Shown here: in pieces, positions 15,366-22,634 of the stretch
Layout of the letters: every line of letters begins with the position of its first letter
How positions within the stretch are numbered: position 1 is the first letter of the stretch
NCBI GenBank assembly: GCA_964605975.1
Contig: CAZSER010000001.1
Span: forward strand, 1 to 39,450
Length of the DNA: 39,450 bases
From: an uncultured Gammaproteobacteria bacterium
Lineage (GTDB): Bacteria; Patescibacteriota; Patescibacteriia; UBA11705; JABHMO01
Direction: 5' to 3'
Position numbers and translations under genes: made by a program
The notes under the pieces: generated by a model
Databases searched by the model: none
Told to the model about the DNA's origin: nothing
Seen by the model: only the letters and a program-made list of their open reading frames with translations

Positions 15366-17243
15366 TTAAACTTCAATCACCACCGGTAAAATCATCGGTC
15401 GGCGTTTGGTTTTTTTGTATAGAAGTTCCCCCAATTCATCTCGTAATTTATTTTTCAAAAACATGGGGTCGAATGCTTTTCCTACTTTTCCTGCGATAAC
15501 CTTTTTACTAAACACCCGCGCCTCTTCGATAAGTTTTTTACTTTCTTTCATGTGAACAAATCCACGAGAAATGATATCGGGACTACCAACTAATTCGCCA
15601 TTATTTTTTTTGACCATGGCAATAACGACAAACATACCATCTTCGCTCATCATCTGACGATCGCGCAAAACGATACTTGAAACATCTCCAACACCCAAGC
15701 CGTCAACCATGATGTATTCAGTGGGGACTTTTTCGGTGGTAAGTTTTCCGACTGTCTCTTTGGTTTTGGGGTCTTGAGAAAATTCCATGACTTGACCATT
15801 AGAGGCAATAAAGATATTTTCAGATTTCATTCCGACACTTTCTGCTAACTGCCCATGGATTCGCAACATGTAATGATTAGCTTCAACCGGGATTAGATAT
15901 TTAGGATTAAAAAGTCGGATAATAAGTTTTAAATCTTCTTGTTTCGCATGACCTCCGGCATGAACATCCAAAATTTGATAGTGATAAACAGTTGCACCTT
16001 GTTTGTAAAATGAATCCTTTAGATTTTGAATAGTTCTTTCGTTTCCGGGAATTACGGAAGAAGAAAAAAGAATTGAATCATTTTTCTTGACATGTAAAAA
16101 TTTATGATCGTGATTAGCAATGCGATTCAAAACGGCATTTTTTTCTCCCTGCGCCCCTGTGCCAATAATCACCAATTTATCGTCTGGGGTTTTTCTGGCA
16201 GTATTTTCATCAACCAAATTATGTCGATTAAATTTTAAATAACCAAGATCATAAGCGATTTCGATATTTGAGTTCATGCTTCGACCATCAAGATAAACTC
16301 GGCGACCGTATTTTTCCGCTAAGGTTAAAACTTGTTGAATACGATTGATCAAGGAGGCGAATGTGCCAACAATAATTCTGCCTTTGGCTTCTTGAAAAAC
16401 CGTTTCGATTGAACCGGTAATTTCACCTTCCGAAATTTGATGGCCACGATGTTCGGCATCAGTGGAGTCCGCCATTAAAGCCAAAACTCCTTTGGCGCCA
16501 ATTAAAGCAATTTTGTTTAGATCAATGGGTTTGTCATTAATTGGGCTTAAGTCAACCTTGAAATCTCCAGTGTGAACAACCGTTCCTATTGGTGTGTGCA
16601 TGACAACTCCAAAGCTATCGGGAATATTGTGGTTTACCCGAAAGAACTCAACTAAAAAATTCCCTAATTGAATGCGATCTTTTTCGGGATCAACTACTCT
16701 AATATCCAAGGCTGGTTTGCGATATTCTTCATGTCTTTTTTTGATTAGGCCAGCCGTTAGTTTGGCGGTAAAAAGTGGGGGATTGCCAAGTTCTGGCATT
16801 AGATGAGAAATTGCGCCAATGTGGTCATAATGCCCATGAGTAATAATTACACCACGAATCTTTTTTAATTTATTTCGTAAATAAGAAATATCAGGAATAA
16901 TATAATCAATTCCCGGCATGTTTTCTTCTGGGAACTGCAATCCCATGTCAACAATAATAATATCATCACCGTATTCTAAAACGGACATGTTTCTTCCTAC
17001 TTCTTCTAATCCACCCAAAACCATAATTCGTAATGAGTTTTTTTTACCGTTTTGATCTTGGGCAAAAAATTGACGAACTCTTGGTTGGGGGGCGAGAAAT
17101 TTGTTTTTTGGAGTAGGTGTTACCGTTGTTTGTAGTGAGCGAATTTTGGCGGCCACCACGGGCGACGGTTGTCGCCCCGCGGAACGCGGTCCGCTTTGCG
17201 GACGTGGTGTCCGCGTTGGATAACTGGGTGTTTTATTTAGCAT
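15366..17243 (-). CDS. rnj: ribonuclease J (metallo-beta-lactamase/beta-CASP RNase) with a Pro/Arg-rich N-terminal extension
   Basis: ITHGHYDHIGA (HxHxDH) motif, beta-CASP region, 625 aa. The first ~70 aa (SYPTRTPRPQSGPRSAGRQPSPVVAAK...) precede the conserved LRIMVLGGLEEVGRN start of the catalytic domain. Confidence 0.9.
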   Translation of the reverse strand: MLNKTPSYPTRTPRPQSGPRSAGRQPSPVVAAKIRSLQTTVTPTPKNKFLAPQPRVRQFFAQDQNGKKNSLRIMVLGGLEEVGRNMSVLEYGDDIIIVDMGLQFPEENMPGIDYIIPDISYLRNKLKKIRGVIITHGHYDHIGAISHLMPELGNPPLFTAKLTAGLIKKRHEEYRKPALDIRVVDPEKDRIQLGNFLVEFFRVNHNIPDSFGVVMHTPIGTVVHTGDFKVDLSPINDKPIDLNKIALIGAKGVLALMADSTDAEHRGHQISEGEITGSIETVFQEAKGRIIVGTFASLINRIQQVLTLAEKYGRRVYLDGRSMNSNIEIAYDLGYLKFNRHNLVDENTARKTPDDKLVIIGTGAQGEKNAVLNRIANHDHKFLHVKKNDSILFSSSVIPGNERTIQNLKDSFYKQGATVYHYQILDVHAGGHAKQEDLKLIIRLFNPKYLIPVEANHYMLRIHGQLAESVGMKSENIFIASNGQVMEFSQDPKTKETVGKLTTEKVPTEYIMVDGLGVGDVSSIVLRDRQMMSEDGMFVVIAMVKKNNGELVGSPDIISRGFVHMKESKKLIEEARVFSKKVIAGKVGKAFDPMFLKNKLRDELGELLYKKTKRRPMILPVVIEV

Positions 17244-17430
17244 AAGTTTATAAAGTCGAAATAGTTATTAAAAGTTTTTATTAAATAGGTAATAATTTTT
17301 TCGACTGTTTTTTATAGTTAATTTTTTAAGTAAAATAAAAAAAGTCTTTTTATTTGTTTGAAAAAGATTTTTCAAATTAAAATATTTTTTAAAAAGTCGT
17401 TAATTTTTAAGGGACAAGAAGTTAGGGAAA

Positions 17431-19284
17431 TTATTTATTCCAATTGCGAGTAGTTTTGATATACCAAGAAGTAATATTGGCAAAACGATTTGCCGGAGTA
17501 ATAATTTTTTTTATGGGAGAACTTTTTAGAATTTTATGTTGAGGATAAGTATAAGTAGAGCTATAAAGAAAAATCGCTGGAACATTATCCGTCAAAATTT
17601 TCTGAAAAGAGATATATTTTTGTGCTCGATCTTCTGGTTTAATTGTTTTCCGAGCTTCCTCTAAAAGTTTATCTGCTTCGGAAGAACCAAAAGAGGTTAA
17701 ATTTAAACCGGGAGAAACTTTTTGGCTACTATGCCAAAAAGGATAAGGATCAGGATCTGCTCCCAAAATTTGTCCATAAAGAAGAGCTTCATAATCTCGT
17801 GAAGCGATAATTGTGGAAATATTTTCTTTTTTGACAAATTTTAAATTAACTTTTACTCCTAACTGCTTCCAATCACTTTGAATCTTTTTGGCTACCTTTA
17901 CGATTTCCGCTTGTTCTACCGTGGTTAAAGTAAACTCAAGAAATCTATTACCATGTTTTCTTACTTGAAAAGGATAAGGCTCGGAAGATTCATTTTCAAC
18001 CGGATATTCGTTTAATTTCCAATCTGATTTTTCTAAACTTTCTCTGGCTTCTAAAATGTTAAATTCTAGCTTGTTAAGGTCTTCGGTATATCCTAAATAA
18101 CCGTTTAGGATAGGGCCATTAATAGTTTGAGCTTCGGCATTTTGAAGTTCATTTATCAATTGATTTTTGTCGATTCCTTTTGCTAATGTTTTTCTAATTT
18201 CTAACTCTTTTAAAATTGGGTTTTTTTCGTAATTAAAGAAAACGGCCGTATATTGGGGAAGTTGTAATAAATTGAAATTAATGTTTCGATTATTGATAAT
18301 TCTATCCCGCAGTTCTTTTGGTAGATAACTTAATCCATCAATTTTTTTGTTATTTAAAGCATCAACGGCCAAATCAAAAGATTCATAAAATTTCAGATCA
18401 AACTCTTCAATATATGGTTGTCCAAAATGGTATTGATTATTGTTTGTAAAAGTAAAGTTTTTGATCTTGCCGTTAGCGTTTTTTGTCAAAGAAGAAAATT
18501 TAAAAGGTCCAGACCCGATTGGTTTGAGGTTATATTCGGCCAATAACATGTTTTCCGGTTCAATGTTTTTCCAAATATGTTCCGGTAGGATACCAACGGT
18601 TAAATTTTCCAAGAAGGGAGAAAACGGTTCTGACAATGAGATTTTTAGACTGTTTTCATCAATTTTTTCCACCAAAACTCCTTGAAAATTATAATAAAGT
18701 GGTGTTTTACTTCGAGGGTTTTGGATTCTGGAAAAAGTAAATAAAACATCTTCGATATCTAATTTCTCACCATCATGGAAAAAAACATCTGATCGTAGTT
18801 TGATGGTATAAACTTTTTGGTCTTCTGAAATTTCAAAACTTTCGGCAACATCTGGGATAATACCTTCGGCGGAATACTTAAAAAGTCCGGAATAAATAAT
18901 TTCAACTAAGTCTAAATCTACATCATTTCCTTGTGCAAATAGTGGGTTGATATAACGAGGAGCACCAACTAAACCTTCGGAATAAGTTCCACCAATCTTT
19001 GGTTCGAGCGAAGAATTTTGCCAATAGATATTTAAACAAAGTGCAATCACGCAAACAAAAACTACTCCGAATAAAACACGGATGACTAATCTCTCTACAT
19101 CACTTAGGTATTTAAATGAATAAATAAGCTGTTCTTTGGTAGGGAGTTTTCTCTTGGTGTTTAGTTTTTGAACGAGGAGTTCATCATGACGATGAAACCT
19201 TTTTGTTTTTTTTTGCCAATCATTTCTTTTAAACTTAGATAGTTTTTTTAAAATGAAGGCTGAGATTTTTTTGAATAATGACAC
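17431..19284 (-). CDS. ABC-transporter family-5 (peptide/nickel type) substrate-binding protein, N-terminally membrane-anchored
   Basis: 617 aa. TM helix VIRVLFGVVFVCVIALCLNIYW, followed by an SBP_bac_5-like body (YTIKLRSDVFFHDGEKLDIEDVLFTF; GSGPFKF). The only in-frame start before the TM helix is a GTG at 19284. Confidence 0.8.
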   Translation of the reverse strand: MSLFKKISAFILKKLSKFKRNDWQKKTKRFHRHDELLVQKLNTKRKLPTKEQLIYSFKYLSDVERLVIRVLFGVVFVCVIALCLNIYWQNSSLEPKIGGTYSEGLVGAPRYINPLFAQGNDVDLDLVEIIYSGLFKYSAEGIIPDVAESFEISEDQKVYTIKLRSDVFFHDGEKLDIEDVLFTFSRIQNPRSKTPLYYNFQGVLVEKIDENSLKISLSEPFSPFLENLTVGILPEHIWKNIEPENMLLAEYNLKPIGSGPFKFSSLTKNANGKIKNFTFTNNNQYHFGQPYIEEFDLKFYESFDLAVDALNNKKIDGLSYLPKELRDRIINNRNINFNLLQLPQYTAVFFNYEKNPILKELEIRKTLAKGIDKNQLINELQNAEAQTINGPILNGYLGYTEDLNKLEFNILEARESLEKSDWKLNEYPVENESSEPYPFQVRKHGNRFLEFTLTTVEQAEIVKVAKKIQSDWKQLGVKVNLKFVKKENISTIIASRDYEALLYGQILGADPDPYPFWHSSQKVSPGLNLTSFGSSEADKLLEEARKTIKPEDRAQKYISFQKILTDNVPAIFLYSSTYTYPQHKILKSSPIKKIITPANRFANITSWYIKTTRNWNK

Positions 19285-19295
19285 AAATTATTGAT

Positions 19296-19324
19296 AAAAC
19301 AGACCCTTGTTCGGGGTTTGTTTT
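19296..19324 (-). terminator. terminator/attenuator-like hairpin between secG and the SBP gene
   Basis: Imperfect hairpin AAAACAAACCCC-loop-GGGTCTGTTTT (one mismatch on the minus strand) followed by a T-run, lying between the secG stop and the SBP start. Confidence 0.35.
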
Positions 19325-19551
19325 TAAGCTTGAAGCAAAATGTTAACAAAAGAAATTCCCAAAAATAGAACAGCAAAAATAATAGTCAAAATAAAGATTG
19401 TTTTTTCCATTCCTCTCTTGGTGCGATAAACATTCCCGGCACCAGATCCACCAAAAACACCAGAAAGTCCGCCTTCTTTGTTTTGTAATAAAACTAATAT
19501 AATTAAAACAATAGCAGAAATAACCTGTAAAATAGTAATGATAGTATTCAT
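19324..19551 (-). CDS. secG: preprotein translocase subunit SecG
   Basis: 75 aa with two TM helices around a Gly-rich loop (LLQNKEGGLSGVFGGSGAGNVYRTKRG). The ATG at 19551 is preferred because the consensus promoter overlaps the longer TTG-start ORF. Confidence 0.85.
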   Translation of the reverse strand: MNTIITILQVISAIVLIILVLLQNKEGGLSGVFGGSGAGNVYRTKRGMEKTIFILTIIFAVLFLGISFVNILLQA

Positions 19552-19589
19552 AAAATAGGAGTTTGTATTTGATTGTATAATCAAAAGGA

Positions 19590-19618
19590 ATTATAGCAAG
19601 CTCATTTTTTATTGTCAA
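19590..19618 (-). promoter_or_regulatory. consensus sigma70 promoter of secG
   Basis: Minus strand: TTGACA, 17 nt spacer, TATAAT (perfect consensus). Confidence 0.65.
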
Positions 19619-19731
19619 TACCTAAGGGGGATAAAATAGCTAAAATAAAACAATTTAAGCTGGATGTTGGAGGCTCTTCGGGGGATAACTTTATTTCTAT
19701 AAACAACTTTTTATGTTATAATTATTAAAGT

Positions 19732-20475
19732 ATGGAAAGCAATCAATTTAATCCTCAAAAAAATAATCAAATGGAGAAAAAAGCTGTAAAGTGGTGGGTT
19801 TTTATTTTGTTTTTTATTTTGGCTTTTATAGCTATGATGGTTCCCGTTTTTTTGTCACAGTTTTTTTCTATTTATGGACAGGCCAAAAAGGGGACTTATG
19901 TTTTTGAAGAAGAGCTAAAAAGAGAACCTCCTTTTCAGCCAGAAGAGTTTATGAGTCCCACTTCTTCTTGCATGGGGGCGGAAAATCCCAAGTTGACTAT
20001 TGTTGAGTTTGGTGATTTTAACTGTTCTAAATGTGCGGATTCTCATGAGATTATTAAAAACATAATGCAAGAATATGGAGAGGTTGTTCGTTTTTGTTGG
20101 AGAAATATGGCCATTTTAAGTGAGAGTTCTTTGAGTATGGCAATGGCCGGTGTTTGTGCGGAGAAGCAGGGTAAATTTTGGGAGGTTCATGATGCTTTTT
20201 TGCGGGCAAGAGGAACTTTTTTTGATGAAGATCAATTTTTTCAGGCAATTTTTGATCAAGGGGTTGATCAAAGCAAGTTTGAAGTTTGCATGAAGCATAA
20301 ACTTACAGAAGCTGAAATTAAAAAAGATTATTTTGCTTGGCGAGATTTGAATTTGATGGGAACGCCAACCTTTTTTGTTAACGGCCACAAGCTAGAAGGA
20401 GTTATTCCTTTGGATATTTGGCAAAAACTAATTCCATATTTTGTTAGCGTATATGACCAAAAAAATCCAAATTAG
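19732..20475 (+). CDS. DsbA-family thiol:disulfide oxidoreductase, membrane-anchored
   Basis: N-terminal TM helix (WWVFILFFILAFIAMMVPVFL). Thioredoxin-fold CxxC site FGDFNCSKCADSH. C-terminal GTPTFFVNG (cis-Pro loop region). Confidence 0.85.
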   Translation: MESNQFNPQKNNQMEKKAVKWWVFILFFILAFIAMMVPVFLSQFFSIYGQAKKGTYVFEEELKREPPFQPEEFMSPTSSCMGAENPKLTIVEFGDFNCSKCADSHEIIKNIMQEYGEVVRFCWRNMAILSESSLSMAMAGVCAEKQGKFWEVHDAFLRARGTFFDEDQFFQAIFDQGVDQSKFEVCMKHKLTEAEIKKDYFAWRDLNLMGTPTFFVNGHKLEGVIPLDIWQKLIPYFVSVYDQKNPN

Positions 20476-21010
20476 ATTTCATGGACGAGGTGGACAAGGA
20501 ACGGTCACTTTGGCTGATTTAACGGCGAGGTCCGCTTTTTATAATGGTTATGAAGTGCAAGGTTTTCCTAGCTTTGGAGTAGAGAGGCGTGGTGCGCCAG
20601 TGGAAGCTTTTGTGCGAATTTCTACAGAAAAAATTTTAACTAGAGAACAAATTTATTCTCCTGATTTTTTAATTATTCAAGATGAAACTTTATTAAAGTC
20701 CGAAGATATTGTTTTGCATGGAGTGAAGAATAAAACAGTAATTATTGTCAATAGCAATAGTCAGGAAATTCCAGCCATTTTATCGGGGAAAAAGGTTTTT
20801 CTTTTTCCTGCCGAAACTTTGGCGATAAAAACTATTGGTAAACCTTTTGTTAACACAATTTTATTAGGAGTTTTGGGTGTTTTGAGTGATCTTTTTGATG
20901 AGGATTCAATGGATAGAGCAATCAAAGAGGTAATAAAAAAAGAAGTAGTTGATTTAAATCTTCAGGCTATGAAAGAAGCTGTTTCCGAAACTAAGAAAAG
21001 ATTTTTATGA
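20453..21010 (+). CDS. porG: 2-oxoacid (pyruvate):ferredoxin oxidoreductase, gamma subunit
   Basis: IRFHGRGGQGTVTLADLTARSAF matches the gamma-subunit signature. The ATG at 20453 overlaps the DsbA-like gene by 23 nt. Confidence 0.9.
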   Translation: MTKKIQIRFHGRGGQGTVTLADLTARSAFYNGYEVQGFPSFGVERRGAPVEAFVRISTEKILTREQIYSPDFLIIQDETLLKSEDIVLHGVKNKTVIIVNSNSQEIPAILSGKKVFLFPAETLAIKTIGKPFVNTILLGVLGVLSDLFDEDSMDRAIKEVIKKEVVDLNLQAMKEAVSETKKRFL

Positions 21011-21276
21011 AAAATAAAATAGTTGCTTTGCCGGGAACAACCAAAGAAAACAAAACAGGGGATTGGAGAACTCATCGTCCGGTGGTTGATCATGACCGTT
21101 GTATCGCTTGTGGTAATTGTGCCCGTGTTTGTCCCGAGGGGTGTGTTTTTCCGGTAGGAGACAAGGCATTACAAGGAAAAATTTTTTATGAAAATGATTT
21201 GGATTATTGTAAAGGTTGTGGTTTATGCGCCGAAGAATGTCCGGTAAAGTGTATTAAAATGGTGAAGGAGGAATAA
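21007..21276 (+). CDS. porD: 2-oxoacid:ferredoxin oxidoreductase, delta subunit (2x[4Fe-4S] ferredoxin)
   Basis: Two CxxCxxCxxxCP motifs (CIACGNCARVCP, CKGCGLCAEECP). ATGA overlap with porG. Confidence 0.92.
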   Translation: MKNKIVALPGTTKENKTGDWRTHRPVVDHDRCIACGNCARVCPEGCVFPVGDKALQGKIFYENDLDYCKGCGLCAEECPVKCIKMVKEE

Positions 21277-21311
21277 AAAAGAATACAAGGACAAAAAAAC
21301 AAAAGAACAAT

Positions 21312-21418
21312 CCAATTTGTCATTTCGAGCTTGTCGAGAAATCTCAAATTGGGAAAATTGTAAACTGCAGTCATGAGATCTCTCCAGGCAATTCGTTTAG
21401 TCGAAATGACAAAAAGAG
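21312..21418 (+). repeat. palindromic MITE/REP-like intergenic repeat, copy 1
   Basis: Terminal inverted repeats TTGTCATTTCGA (21317-21328) and TCGAAATGACAA (21401-21412), with inner arms GAGAAATCTC/GAGATCTCTC. Shares conserved blocks with the inverted copy at 34218-34327. Confidence 0.7.
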
Positions 21419-21498
21419 GAAGCAAGGCGAAAAAGAAAAAATGGGAAAAATTTTTAAATTGAGAAACTGTATTCACTAATTTTTTACTTTTTATTTAT

Positions 21499-22629
21499 AT
21501 GCGAAAAATAACGGAAGGATCTTTGGCCGTGGCGGAAATTATCAATATGTGTCGTCCTCAGGTTGTTTCTGCTTATCCAATAACGCCACAAACTCATATT
21601 GTTGAAGAGTTAGCAAAGATAAAGGCCAATGGGCAAGGATCTTTTGAATTTATTAGAGCCGAAAGTGAGTTCTCGGCGGGATCTATTGTTTTAGGCGCAA
21701 GTGCTTCCGGCGTTCGTGCTTATACGGCAACAAGCTCACAGGGGTTGCTTTATATGACGGAGGTTTTATTTACTATTTCGGGAATGCGTTTGCCATTGGT
21801 AATGACTTGTGCCAATCGAGCTATTTCGGCACCGATTAATATTTGGAATGACGAACAAGATAGCATGACCGTTCGTGATGCTGGTTGGATTATGTTGTAT
21901 GCAGAAAATAATCAGGAAGCTGTTGATTTTCATCCCATTGCCTTTAAAATTAGTGAACAGTTAAATATCCCTGTTATGGTGAATATGGATGGTTTTGTTT
22001 TGACTCATACCATTGAACCGGTTGATATGCCCGATTTGGAATTAATAAAAAATTATTTGCCAGAAAGAGTTCCCCTTGGTGGCGAGTATTTGGATGTTAA
22101 TAATCCTGTAAGTTTGGGAAGTTTAGTTACTCCTGAATATTATCAACAAATTAGACAAGATCTACATAATGATTTGGTTTCTTCACAAAAAACAGTTAAG
22201 CAAGAGATGAAAAATTATGCTCAGATTTTTGGGCGAGGTTTTGGAGAATTAGTTGAGTATTTCGGAAATCACAAGGCTTCGACAGTAATTGTTTCAAGGG
22301 GCTCTGTTTGTGGAACAATTAAGCAAGTTTTGTCCGCTTATCCTGATGTTGCTTTGGCAAGATTAAAATGTTATCGACCTTTTCCTGTCGAAGAGTTAAA
22401 AGAAAAACTAAAAAATGCCAAAAACATTATTGTTTTGGAAAAATGTTTATCTTTGGGAAAGGGAGGTCCAGTTTTTTCGGAAGTTCGAGATGTCCTATGG
22501 GGAATGAAAAATATAAAAAAAATCAGATCTTTTATTGGGGGGTTGGGAGGTCGAGATATTACCGAAAAAATGGTTATTTCCATGATCAAAAAAAGTAAAT
22601 TACCAAATGAAAAAATGATTTTATTATAA
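21499..22629 (+). CDS. porA: 2-oxoacid:ferredoxin oxidoreductase, alpha subunit
   Basis: 376 aa. N-terminus GSLAVAEIINMCRPQVVSAYPITPQTHIVEELA is typical of the alpha subunit. Confidence 0.92.
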   Translation: MRKITEGSLAVAEIINMCRPQVVSAYPITPQTHIVEELAKIKANGQGSFEFIRAESEFSAGSIVLGASASGVRAYTATSSQGLLYMTEVLFTISGMRLPLVMTCANRAISAPINIWNDEQDSMTVRDAGWIMLYAENNQEAVDFHPIAFKISEQLNIPVMVNMDGFVLTHTIEPVDMPDLELIKNYLPERVPLGGEYLDVNNPVSLGSLVTPEYYQQIRQDLHNDLVSSQKTVKQEMKNYAQIFGRGFGELVEYFGNHKASTVIVSRGSVCGTIKQVLSAYPDVALARLKCYRPFPVEELKEKLKNAKNIIVLEKCLSLGKGGPVFSEVRDVLWGMKNIKKIRSFIGGLGGRDITEKMVISMIKKSKLPNEKMILL

Positions 22630-22634
22630 AAATT

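Noticed and set aside
17244-17430. GTCGAAA...TTTCGAC inverted pair in the rnj upstream spacer, considered as a third copy of the palindromic repeat
   Set aside because: Only a 7-nt arm matches, and the rest of the repeat consensus (GAGAAATCTCAAATTGG, TAAACTGCA) is absent. It is likely a chance match in AT-rich DNA.
19343-19618. 91-aa ORF overlapping secG in another frame
   Set aside because: secG is clearly recognisable in the other frame, and this ORF runs through the secG promoter.
21007-21010. Alternative genetic code (UGA recoding, as in some candidate phyla)
   Set aside because: TGA functions as the stop in the ATGA overlaps at porG/porD (21007-21010), small proteins C/D (13786-13789) and mini-ORF/purA. 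The long conserved CDSs are not interrupted by in-frame TGA.
21204-21476. 90-aa minus-strand ORF spanning the porD-porA spacer
   Set aside because: It is a read-through of the palindromic repeat element and the 3' end of porD, with no SD. Such repeats commonly create spurious ORFs.
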